A stretch of DNA of 64,000 nucleotides from a bacterium (GTDB taxonomy: Bacteria > Bacillota_I > Bacilli_A > RF39 > UBA660): positions 255 to 64,254 of the forward strand of contig JAQXRJ010000098.1 in NCBI GenBank assembly GCA_029218465.1, given 5' to 3'. The notes under the pieces were generated by a model. It did no database searches and was not told the DNA's origin. It saw only the letters and a program-made list of their open reading frames with translations. The position numbers and the translations under genes are program-made. Below, piece by piece: positions 41,492 through 50,115 of this stretch (position 1 is the first letter of the stretch; each line of letters opens with the position of its first letter).

Positions 41492-42100
41492 TTGCTCGCA
41501 GATAAAAAAAAATATGTAAATGGATTATATTTAAATATATACTTAACAAAAGATAATATATTAATACCAATTAATCTAAGGGAAAATAGAAAATTATGTA
41601 AAGGTAAATCATATATTTCTAAACATAATTATAATGAAATAAAAAAAATAAATTCAGGTACTAAAGTAAAAACAAACTATATTTTAAATTTAGAAGAAAT
41701 AACAAATCTTGACAATATAAAATATTTGATATTAAATCTAGAAAGTAATAATGAAAGCATAATAAGAGAAACAAAAAAAATAATTGATAAAAACAAAAAC
41801 ATAGAATTTTTTCTCACAGCAAATGACAGTTCTATATTAGAAAAATTACTAGAACATAAAGATAATTATAAAGTTGGTATAATAGTTAACGATATTGAAG
41901 ATTTAAATTATTCAACAGATTTTTATATTATAAATAACAATAATATTGATTACAAAGTAATAGAAAAAAAAATTAATAGTGGAGAAATGATATTCATCAA
42001 TAATATAAATTCAAAAAAAGATTTAATTACTTTAAATAATATTAACTGTAATTTAAATATTATAAGCAAGCATCCAAATTCAATAACAAATAGTTTTTAA
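41492..42100 (+). CDS. degenerate glycerophosphodiester-phosphodiesterase-like protein (start probably upstream, near 41414-41423)
   Basis: The in-frame upstream extension INLIIASGGISSKNCPNFTHESI...LYLNIYLTKDNILIPIN resembles the GDPD N-terminus IIAHRG..PENT, but with HR replaced by SG. AGGAGGAGG lies at 41405-41413. Confidence 0.3.
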   Translation: MLADKKKYVNGLYLNIYLTKDNILIPINLRENRKLCKGKSYISKHNYNEIKKINSGTKVKTNYILNLEEITNLDNIKYLILNLESNNESIIRETKKIIDKNKNIEFFLTANDSSILEKLLEHKDNYKVGIIVNDIEDLNYSTDFYIINNNNIDYKVIEKKINSGEMIFINNINSKKDLITLNNINCNLNIISKHPNSITNSF

Positions 42101-42169
42101 CTAATGACCAAATCACACAAATACTCTAATCACGTATAATAAAATGTAATTATTAAGGAGGAGGTTAAC

Positions 42170-42622
42170 ATGAAAAGAAAAATAATTACTAATATAGCTA
42201 TCATAGGATTATTCATAATTATATGTTCTGTAATATTTAATTTTAATAGAAATAATATCAAGAATTTAAAAACAGTTAAGGTTGCTGAAGTTGCCCACAG
42301 TATTTTCTATGCACCACAATATGCAGCAGTAAGTGAAGGCTTTTTTGAGGAAGAAGGATTAAATGTAGAAATAACTTTAACACCAGGAGCTGATAAAGTA
42401 ATCGCTGCCGTACTATCAGGAGATGTTGATATTGGCTTTTCAGGAAGCGAAGCAACAATATATGTTTACAACGGAGGAGAAAAAGACTATTTAAAAACGT
42501 TTGCACAATTAACTCAAAAAGATGGTAGTTTTTTAGTATCAAGAGAAAAAATAGATAATTTTACACTTAAAGATTTAAAGGGAAAAACCATAATTGGTGG
42601 AAGAGCAGGGTATCTCAATTAA
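42170..42622 (+). pseudogene. ABC transporter substrate-binding protein (NMT1/NitT-TauT type), 5' fragment interrupted by element insertion
   Basis: Signal anchor plus the SBP fold sequence. The reading ...LKGKTIIGGRAG is followed by the element-derived residues YLN and a stop. Confidence 0.8.
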
Positions 42623-42635
42623 AGTGAGAACACAC
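42600..42635. other. attL junction
   Basis: The host reading frame ends at GCAGGG (42605-42610). The element end ATCTCAATTAAAGTGAGAAC (42612-42631) is an imperfect inverted copy of the other end. Confidence 0.65.
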
Positions 42636-42680
42636 CCTTGAAAAATAAGGAATTTCCCCGTCCTCACTTTTGATGAGCCC

Positions 42681-44309
42681 CTAGTTGCCGTCTATGACAT
42701 TGCCATTTTTGGCTATTTTTTTTACACTAATTTCATTTAGTAAATCCTGTGGATTTTTAATGTTATACTTAATTGTTATTTCTTTGTTTTGGTTGATGAT
42801 AATTTTATCAATTATATATGATAAAAGTCTTTTGTTGGGTTTTCTCATTTTTAAATACTCTTTGATGATTTCTTGGTATTCATCATTTGGTGTAATCTTG
42901 TTTTCTAGAATACCTAATTGCTTCTCTAGTTCATTTAGTATCTCATCTTGCTTTATTATCTCATTTACTATTTGATTACTAAAATCTCTATATTCTTCAA
43001 GAGTAATTACTTCATCAGCCTTATCAAAATAGATTTGTTTTTTTCTATTACTCAATTTTTCTTTTTCTAACTTACAAGCATTTATTTGACCCAACAAATT
43101 TTCTCTTAACTTATTTCTTTTAGATGAGTTCTTAAGTATTGTTTCAAAGTTAGTACTCTTAACATACTTTCTACACATATCTCTAACTTCTTTAAGCACC
43201 ATTTCTTCTAATAAAAAATAATTCATAGTGTGTGGAGTACATACTTTAAACTTACTATACTTTTGATAATAAGAACAATTTATATAAGCCCTACCGTCTT
43301 TCTTAGTTGCTATAGATATTGCATGACCGCACTCTTCACAAAACATAAACCCTTTAAGTAAATAATTTTTTGTATTGCTCTGTTGATTTTTATTTTTCTT
43401 ATAACTTTTTTGAACTACATCAAACATCTCTTTATCTATAATAGGTTCGTGTGTATTTTCTACTATAATCCAACTTTCTTTTGGTGTCCTAATCTCTTTT
43501 TTAATCTTATAGTTTATTCTTTTTCTTCTTCCTTGTGTCATATTACCTATATAAGTTTCATTGTTTAACATTTCATCAATAGTCCTAGAATTCCATAAAC
43601 CATAAGCACTAGATTTTCTACCACGATTTAAATCTGCATATACACTTGGAATAGGAACCCCCTCTTTAGATAAAGTGTCTGCAATAACTTTGCATCCCAT
43701 ACCATCATAAGCCATTTTAAATATTCTCTTAACAACTTTAGCAGCCTCTTCATCTACAACCAATTTATATCTATTATTTTCATCAAGTTTATAGCCATAT
43801 ACTGCTTTCCACCCTAGAAACCAACCTTGTTCTTTTCTATTTCTTAAAGTTCTTTTTACTTTCTTAGATGTATCTTTTGCATATTGGTCGTTGAATACTG
43901 CTTTAAATGGGGCTATATCATTACTAACATTATCTAGATAAGTGTCTATGTCATCTAGTATAGCAATATATCTTACATTGTGTTCGGGAAAATATTTTTC
44001 CATATATTCTCCAGCCTTAATGTAATCTCTACCTAGTCTTGAATAGTCTTTAGTAATAACACAATTAACATTGCCACTTTCTATATCTTTTATAAGCCTA
44101 TTAAAATCAGGTCTATCAAATGTTGTTCCACTAACACCATCATCTACATACTCATCATATATTTTAAAATTTTCATCTTGTTTGTTGATATAATCTAGAA
44201 TAATATTTCTTTGATTAGAAATAATTTCACTTTCTTGTTTCTTTTTATCTTCATCTTCACGAGATAAACGAATATAGATACCAACATTATATATTTTACT
44301 ACCTTTCAT
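42681..44309 (-). CDS. large serine recombinase (integrase)
   Basis: Resolvase catalytic domain (VGIYIRLSREDED...NQ...DDGVSGTTFDRP), recombinase domain, Cys zinc ribbon (CEECGH...C...C) and a coiled-coil tail. Confidence 0.9.
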   Translation of the reverse strand: MKGSKIYNVGIYIRLSREDEDKKKQESEIISNQRNIILDYINKQDENFKIYDEYVDDGVSGTTFDRPDFNRLIKDIESGNVNCVITKDYSRLGRDYIKAGEYMEKYFPEHNVRYIAILDDIDTYLDNVSNDIAPFKAVFNDQYAKDTSKKVKRTLRNRKEQGWFLGWKAVYGYKLDENNRYKLVVDEEAAKVVKRIFKMAYDGMGCKVIADTLSKEGVPIPSVYADLNRGRKSSAYGLWNSRTIDEMLNNETYIGNMTQGRRKRINYKIKKEIRTPKESWIIVENTHEPIIDKEMFDVVQKSYKKNKNQQSNTKNYLLKGFMFCEECGHAISIATKKDGRAYINCSYYQKYSKFKVCTPHTMNYFLLEEMVLKEVRDMCRKYVKSTNFETILKNSSKRNKLRENLLGQINACKLEKEKLSNRKKQIYFDKADEVITLEEYRDFSNQIVNEIIKQDEILNELEKQLGILENKITPNDEYQEIIKEYLKMRKPNKRLLSYIIDKIIINQNKEITIKYNIKNPQDLLNEISVKKIAKNGNVIDGN

Positions 44310-44386
44310 ATTACCTCCTCCAAGGGTAAAATATATAATCTAATTACATATATATTATACCACTTTTTGCCTTATTTTTAAAGGGT

Positions 44387-44494
44387 TCAGACCAAATCCA
44401 ACTCATAAAATTCATAATAAAAATCTACTAAAAATTGTTCTATTATTTCTTGCAAACTTCTGCCTTCTTCATTAAACTCACTTTTTATAATCAT
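44387..44494 (-). CDS. 35-aa ORF upstream of the recombinase gene
   Basis: Hand translation MIIKSEFNEEGRSLQEIIEQFLVDFYYEFYELDLV, with SD GGTGGA 5 nt upstream. Function unknown. Confidence 0.3.
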   Translation of the reverse strand: MIIKSEFNEEGRSLQEIIEQFLVDFYYEFYELDLV

Positions 44495-44794
44495 AAATTC
44501 CACCTATTAAACCCTATGCTAGAAGTAATTCTTTTATAAGTCCTTTCTATTTCCGCTTAAGCAACTATAGAATACCAAGAACAAAAAAGAAATTCTTGTT
44601 TAAAAAACATATAAAAAAATGCAAAAATGAACATAATAAAACCCTTATAGATAAAGGGCTAGAGAAATTTTGATAACCGATTTTTCAAGCAAAAAAGCAA
44701 TTTTTAAGGGTATTTTAATTCGCAAAAAACTTTGTTAAGATGAAATCACAAAGGCAAGGAACCAACCTTTGAAAAACTGAAAGGAGGAACAAAA

Positions 44795-45022
44795 ATGATA
44801 GTTGATGATTATAAAATTAAGTTAGAAGTTATTAAACTTGCTATTATGAAACACACAGGAAGAGAAATCAATGAAGAATTATTAAATAGATTTTGTAAAT
44901 ATCTAACAATGGAATATGAAAACAACACATCTAAAAATAGTATTGATAATAGAATAAACAGTATTTGTAAAACTATTAACACTAAATACGATAAATACAT
45001 AAGAATTATCAATGCTAACTAA
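44795..45022 (+). CDS. hypothetical 75-aa protein (element)
   Basis: Strong SD AAAGGAGG 7 nt upstream. No recognisable motif. Confidence 0.5.
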   Translation: MIVDDYKIKLEVIKLAIMKHTGREINEELLNRFCKYLTMEYENNTSKNSIDNRINSICKTINTKYDKYIRIINAN

Positions 45023-45120
45023 TTTAAGTTGAATTAGTTTAATTTTATCAAGTTTAAACAAGATTAAACCCCTAAATAACTTGTTTAAACTAAATCTCAC
45101 ATTTCTTTATAATTTAGTTT

Positions 45121-45148
45121 AAAGTGATAGTAAAATATCACTTTTTTT
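45121..45148 (+). terminator. hairpin and T-run overlapping the next promoter
   Basis: 9-bp stem AAAGTGATA/TATCACTTT followed by TTTT, running into TGATATAAT. Confidence 0.5.
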
Positions 45149-45156
45149 GATATAAT
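45148..45156 (+). promoter_or_regulatory. extended -10 promoter element TGATATAAT
   Basis: TG-n-TATAAT lies 29 nt upstream of the ATG at 45185. Confidence 0.45.
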
Positions 45157-45184
45157 AACAACCAATTCTATTAAGGGGGATTTT

Positions 45185-46324
45185 ATGAGAAGACATAATC
45201 ATTTAACTGATGATATATTTAAAAATAGTAAGTATGTTGCATTTGTAGAGAAAACACACAACATAAAGAATTTCAGAAAAGAATATAGAGAACACTATGA
45301 TATGATTTTAGACATATATAAAACCTTTATTCTACTAAATAATTGTTTCTTTAGTGATAGTAATTTATCTAATGCTGACAAAGTAGAAAATGCTCTAAAG
45401 ATTATAGAAGATTTACTTTTTGTTGATTATGAAGAAAGTGAAAAACATAAATATAGAGTTCAAGACATAAGAGATATTTTAGATAAGAGATGTAGGCATA
45501 TTTATAATCTAATTGAAGAGTGGCATAATGATTTAGAAACCTTAACTAGTAAAGATATAAACAATTCAATTACTCTTAAGAATATGAAAAAAGATATAGA
45601 AAAAGAAATGGCTGACCTTGAGTTTGCTGAATTTGATAGCATAAATCTAGAAAACATTTCTTACCAAAAGAACACTATAAAGAATTATAGAAATTACACA
45701 AAACACTTTTCTAAGTTTGATAACATCTACATTAAAAGCAAAGAGTTTAAACAGGAGTTTAAAAACAAGTTTTATGAGAATAATGGTGTTAAATTAGATA
45801 ATAACGATTTAAATAAACTAGGCTTACTATTTAAACTACTCTCTTCACTAAATAATGGGTTAGTAAATATAATTACTGATTATAAACTTGATGAGGAAAT
45901 TACACAAGGAAAAAGCCCAGATGAACTATATAAGATATATCTAAAATCTTGCAATATAGATTATGAAAATGAAAACTTTATAGACAATTCTCAAAACTTT
46001 TTATGTTTTCTAGGCATTATTAAAAATAAAATTGATGAAGAATTACATTTTAATAACACAATTCTACTTGAAAGATTTGATTTATTCTTCTTCTATCTAA
46101 CAATGGAACAATGTTTTTACTCTCACAAGATAAAAGTAAAATCAGACTTTATAAACAAATTACAAAATGACTTAATAGATATATATAAGCAATTTAAAGA
46201 AATTAAAAAGAAAGAAAAAGAATTATCTCTAGAAGAACTTAAGGAACAATACTTTATTCCTATATATAAGAAAGCAAACGATATGATAAAAAGGTATGGT
46301 GATGTATATGAACGAATTAGTTAA
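45185..46324 (+). CDS. hypothetical 379-aa protein (element cargo), predicted all-helical, no known motif
   Basis: Long ORF with SD AAGGGGGA upstream. Its end overlaps the next ORF. Confidence 0.6.
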   Translation: MRRHNHLTDDIFKNSKYVAFVEKTHNIKNFRKEYREHYDMILDIYKTFILLNNCFFSDSNLSNADKVENALKIIEDLLFVDYEESEKHKYRVQDIRDILDKRCRHIYNLIEEWHNDLETLTSKDINNSITLKNMKKDIEKEMADLEFAEFDSINLENISYQKNTIKNYRNYTKHFSKFDNIYIKSKEFKQEFKNKFYENNGVKLDNNDLNKLGLLFKLLSSLNNGLVNIITDYKLDEEITQGKSPDELYKIYLKSCNIDYENENFIDNSQNFLCFLGIIKNKIDEELHFNNTILLERFDLFFFYLTMEQCFYSHKIKVKSDFINKLQNDLIDIYKQFKEIKKKEKELSLEELKEQYFIPIYKKANDMIKRYGDVYERIS

Positions 46325-47171
46325 TTTTAAGAAAATAGACATTATCAAAGAAATGATAAAAGAAAAAGAACAAAGTATTGAAAGTAAAATTGATTATGAT
46401 AATACAATTCTTGGCAATATTACAATGGATTATTTTTACGATTATATAGAGCCTATGTTATTAGAATTAAATGATAAAGAAATACTTGAATATGATAGAA
46501 ATAAAATAAGAGAAAGTTCTGAAACAAGAAGAAATTATCTAAAAGCATTTTCATTTTTAAGAGAAGTAATAAATCCCAAAGAAGAAGAAAAAAATGTTAG
46601 ATTTAAAAATGATACTCAAACTATTAAAAGCCATTTTAGTATATTTGGTCTAGATAAATATAGACAACTATGTGATGACAAAGGTATATTCTTTTTAGCC
46701 TCTAATGATACAAAACCTAAAAAAGAATTTGCTGAAAAAATAAAAGAACTTTTCATTTATGAATATAAGATAACAACCTATTCAGAAAATTACATAAAAC
46801 CTTTATTAGCCAACTTAAGTAATGGTAATAAATTAAAATACTTTGTTAATCCTAAAAACGAAGAAGAAAGATATATAAACTACTCTATTGAGGCTATAAT
46901 GATGTCTATTCTTAATGGATTATTCTATACAAAAACATCTCTAGGAGAATACGAAACAATATTAAGTCTTATTGATAATGGTAGTGATGATGACAAAAAG
47001 AAACTTGCTTGGATTATGTATTTTGATGTGTTCTCAACACAATTTACTGATGAAGATTTGAAAAGAGTTTATGAAGAGGCTTTAACTTACGGACATAATA
47101 AAAATAAATACGGACAATACGATTACAACAACTACAACAAAGTTATTACAACAATTTTTGATATAAAATAA
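46308..47171 (+). CDS. hypothetical ~287-aa protein (element cargo)
   Basis: ORF overlaps the previous gene by 17 nt when started at ATG 46308 (SD GGTGA upstream); the track starts it at 46296. No known motif. Confidence 0.6.
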   Translation: MNELVNFKKIDIIKEMIKEKEQSIESKIDYDNTILGNITMDYFYDYIEPMLLELNDKEILEYDRNKIRESSETRRNYLKAFSFLREVINPKEEEKNVRFKNDTQTIKSHFSIFGLDKYRQLCDDKGIFFLASNDTKPKKEFAEKIKELFIYEYKITTYSENYIKPLLANLSNGNKLKYFVNPKNEEERYINYSIEAIMMSILNGLFYTKTSLGEYETILSLIDNGSDDDKKKLAWIMYFDVFSTQFTDEDLKRVYEEALTYGHNKNKYGQYDYNNYNKVITTIFDIK

Positions 47172-47180
47172 AATTATCAA

Positions 47181-47226
47181 CTAAACAAAAAGGAATAGAA
47201 ATCTCTAATTCTATTCCTTATTTTTC
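47181..47226. terminator. bidirectional terminator between convergent cargo genes
   Basis: 11-bp stem AAGGAATAGAA/TTCTATTCCTT (47190-47200 / 47209-47219), flanked by A-rich sequence upstream and T-rich sequence downstream on the plus strand (a U-tract follows the hairpin on either strand). Confidence 0.75.
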
Positions 47227-48002
47227 AATGCTTCTTCCATTGCTTTTTTTTCTTCTTCTCTTTGCACTAAATAATCCATTTCTTTAACTAAAACATTATT
47301 CTTTTTTAAGTTTTCTAATATGTTAAATTTAAAAATTTCTTGAATTCCGACACCATAATAATCTAAAGATTTCCATTCATTGTTTCCAATATATTGATAA
47401 CATTTAACACCAACAATTATCAATTCCTTTACTCTCTCATCATACAAAACTTGTTTAATATCTTTATAATTTACTGAATATTTAAACATTGCAACACCAT
47501 CTAGATAATTTACTCTTTTATCATAAAACAAGTAATCAAATCCATTTTCATTAACTACTATTTTTTCTTTTTTCCTATAATAAAACTCTCCAAATGCTGT
47601 CATATTAACACTAAATTTATATGCTGAGTATGGCAAAATATCAAATGCTAAACCAAAGATAAATATCAAAGAACTTATAACAGTTCTATCAAAACTATCT
47701 TCTATTAAAACTACACAAGCAATTGTAGTAATAATTACTGCTAATAGTAATAATATAGATGTTATATAGAAAGTATATACCCATTTGTGTTTTTGAGGCA
47801 TTGTTTTTTTATAATCACTAGAATAAATTTTAAATAGTTTTTTTCTTTTTGATTTATCTACCTCATATACAACCTCTTTGTTGATATCGTTAAATATTTG
47901 TTTCTCCTGTTTATTCATTTGTGAATTTTGTGAAATTTCATTTGCAGCCATATCTACTGCAACACCAGTTTCAATTACTTTGCTAATTTTATTCATTTGC
48001 AC
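47211..48002 (-). CDS. hypothetical membrane protein: cytoplasmic N-terminus, two TM helices, ~130-aa C-terminal domain
   Basis: TM helices WVYTFYITSILLLLAVIITTIACVVLI and VISSLIFIFGLAFDILPY. The architecture is reminiscent of bacterial PH (YdbS/T-like) proteins. Confidence 0.55.
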   Translation of the reverse strand: MQMNKISKVIETGVAVDMAANEISQNSQMNKQEKQIFNDINKEVVYEVDKSKRKKLFKIYSSDYKKTMPQKHKWVYTFYITSILLLLAVIITTIACVVLIEDSFDRTVISSLIFIFGLAFDILPYSAYKFSVNMTAFGEFYYRKKEKIVVNENGFDYLFYDKRVNYLDGVAMFKYSVNYKDIKQVLYDERVKELIIVGVKCYQYIGNNEWKSLDYYGVGIQEIFKFNILENLKKNNVLVKEMDYLVQREEEKKAMEEALKNKE

Positions 48003-48182
48003 TCCTCCTACTATTTAAGTATAACACACTTTTTTCTTTTTTGACATAATATCATACGAATTTATGTAAAAATTACTTTTGTAAAAAAAATATACTACGT
48101 CTGTTAAACTTAAAAACTTAACACAAGGTTATAAAATAAAATATAATTGAATTGTAAAATCTAAAAGAGATTTTGCAAGGAG

Positions 48183-48974
48183 GTGTTAAACATCTACAAA
48201 CTTTATCAAAACAAGTATTTCAACAACTTACTACTCAATATGGTTAAAGTAAAGTATATTGTAGGCAACACTATTGATACCGAAGATTTTTACTTATGCC
48301 TAAACAATGCTAATAGACAATATGACAATAGTTCTATTACATTTAAGGTTATGCTATATCTAGTTAGTCTTTTAACTGATAATGGGATTAATGATAACAC
48401 TTGTATCATCTCTACTGATGACATACAAAGAAAGTTAAGCATAAGCAATATTAACTCGTTTAAAGGCTCACTTGATTACATATCATCACTAACTTTTAAT
48501 TACAAGTTAGACAAAATTAACAAGTGGCAATATGTAGATAATATATTTGTATCATATACTCAATTTAAAGGCTATTTTAAGGTTGTATTTAGTGATGAGT
48601 TCATTACTCTACTTGATAGGTCTAAACAATTCTATCAAGTGCCTAAAAGCCTTTTAAATAGCGATATTAGGTATTACAGAAATAGTATTTTTATGGCTAA
48701 CTATATTTTGCTACACCAAAGGCGAAACATGAGGCAAGATAAGAAAAAATATAGACATACCATATCAGTTGCTAAACTACTTGATAATAGCCCATTTATA
48801 CCAAAATATGAGGAACTAGACACAAGACAAAGACAAGTATCTAAATGTATTATCAAGCCTTTTGAAAGCAACCTAAACTTTGCTTGTAGCCTACTAGGTA
48901 AAGTATGGCACTATATTGATGATGAGCCAACAAACTATATTGAGTTTGTAAAAGCCAAAATCTATGTTAGTTAG
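48183..48974 (+). CDS. putative replication initiator protein
   Basis: No strong motif. The call rests on context: its 3' end runs directly into a 21-bp-phased iteron array, and a DnaB-like helicase gene follows. The start is uncertain (GTG 48183 or ATG 48240). Confidence 0.4.
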   Translation: MLNIYKLYQNKYFNNLLLNMVKVKYIVGNTIDTEDFYLCLNNANRQYDNSSITFKVMLYLVSLLTDNGINDNTCIISTDDIQRKLSISNINSFKGSLDYISSLTFNYKLDKINKWQYVDNIFVSYTQFKGYFKVVFSDEFITLLDRSKQFYQVPKSLLNSDIRYYRNSIFMANYILLHQRRNMRQDKKKYRHTISVAKLLDNSPFIPKYEELDTRQRQVSKCIIKPFESNLNFACSLLGKVWHYIDDEPTNYIEFVKAKIYVS

Positions 48975-49029
48975 TAGGTTTAGCCTATTAGATAGTAGAT
49001 ATTCTACTTTAGATAGTAGGTGCTACTCT
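48967..49029 (+). repeat. three direct iterons TTAG(T/A)TAGTAG spaced exactly 21 bp
   Basis: Copies start at 48967, 48988 and 49009. The core reads TTAGTTAGTAGG, TTAGATAGTAGA and TTAGATAGTAGG. Confidence 0.8.
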
Positions 49030-49036
49030 TACAAAG

Positions 49037-49052
49037 CCTTTATATATAAAGG
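49037..49052. repeat. perfect 16-bp AT-rich palindrome CCTTTATATATAAAGG (candidate unwinding element)
   Basis: Read directly from the sequence. It lies immediately after the iterons. Confidence 0.7.
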
Positions 49053-49222
49053 TTTAAGAGGGGTCTATTATCTAATTATACTAATAATACTAATAGAGCT
49101 CACCAACTCTTTGAGGAGTGGTGGTCTATCTAATGAAAATGAGGAGTTTTAGGAGTAAAGATTTAACAAAACTATGCAAGAGTATATTATATTAACTACT
49201 ATACTCTAGGAGGACAAAACAA

Positions 49223-50092
49223 ATGAATACAGAGTTAAAGAATACTACTGATACATTACAAGATTATTTGTCATACATACAAGATGACACACAAGTTAAA
49301 AAGATAAGAACAGGCTTTGATAAGTTAGATAACTTGCTTAATGGTGGTTTGCCTAATGGCTTGATAACTTTAGGTGCTATACCAAGTTTAGGCAAAACTA
49401 CTTTTGCTTTGCAAGTTGCAGATAATATGGCAAGTATGGAAAATACAAAAGTTTTGCTATTCTCTTTGGAAATGACTAGATTTGATATTATCTCAAAGAG
49501 TTTAAGCCGAATAAGTTATTTAACTGATGAATTAAGCAACTATACCTTTGATGATTTACTATCAAATAATGAGATAGTAGATTATGAGGCTCTACTAACT
49601 AAATACGAGCCAATAGCGAACAACTTATACACAATAGACTATATCTATGATATACGAGATATTGAGGCTTTTATAAGACAATTTAAGGACTTGCACGAGA
49701 ACGAGAATATTGTTGTAATTATAGACTACTTACAATATATCTTGTGTGGGAACAACGGCAACGATAAGCAAGTTATAGACATAATAACTAAACGATTAAA
49801 AGAGTTAGCCAAAGAGCTTAATATTTGTATCATAGAAATTAGTAGCCTTAATAGAACCAATTATAGTGGTAGTATTACAATGGAAAGTTTTAAAGAAAGC
49901 GGAAGCATTGAATACACTAGCGATATTCTTATGGGTTTAGAATATGTTAATAATGGTGCCAATGAACGAGAATACGAGGCAAAAAGAAACCCAAGAAAGA
50001 TAACTTTAAGTGTTATTAAAAATAGATATGGGGCATTAGGAAAAATCAATTTTGATTTCTATACAACATATCATACATTTATTGAAAAATAA
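49223..50092 (+). CDS. DnaB C-terminal-domain-like (RecA-fold) helicase/ATPase
   Basis: GLITLGAIPSLGKTTFALQVADNMA (Walker A), VLLFSLEMTRFDIISKSL, and VVIIDYLQ (Walker B). There is no DnaB N-terminal domain. Confidence 0.75.
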   Translation: MNTELKNTTDTLQDYLSYIQDDTQVKKIRTGFDKLDNLLNGGLPNGLITLGAIPSLGKTTFALQVADNMASMENTKVLLFSLEMTRFDIISKSLSRISYLTDELSNYTFDDLLSNNEIVDYEALLTKYEPIANNLYTIDYIYDIRDIEAFIRQFKDLHENENIVVIIDYLQYILCGNNGNDKQVIDIITKRLKELAKELNICIIEISSLNRTNYSGSITMESFKESGSIEYTSDILMGLEYVNNGANEREYEAKRNPRKITLSVIKNRYGALGKINFDFYTTYHTFIEK

Positions 50093-50115
50093 TAAAGTAG
50101 TTTTATGTAGGGGCA

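Noticed and set aside
42101-42169. Looked for a TPP or other riboswitch upstream of the NMT1/THI5-like binding-protein gene.
   Set aside because: The spacer is only about 70 nt and holds just a TATAAT and an SD. There is no room for an aptamer and no conserved aptamer motifs.
44682-44694. 13-nt identity (TTTTCAAGCAAAA) between the element control region and 54915-54927 upstream of the second adhesin; a possible remnant of a second element copy.
   Set aside because: Dozens of 13-mer coincidences are expected by chance in 64 kb of AT-rich sequence on both strands, and the flanking similarity decays immediately.
48964-49152. 62-aa ORF spanning the iteron region.
   Set aside because: It is composed of the direct repeats and the palindrome themselves, which makes it origin DNA rather than coding sequence.
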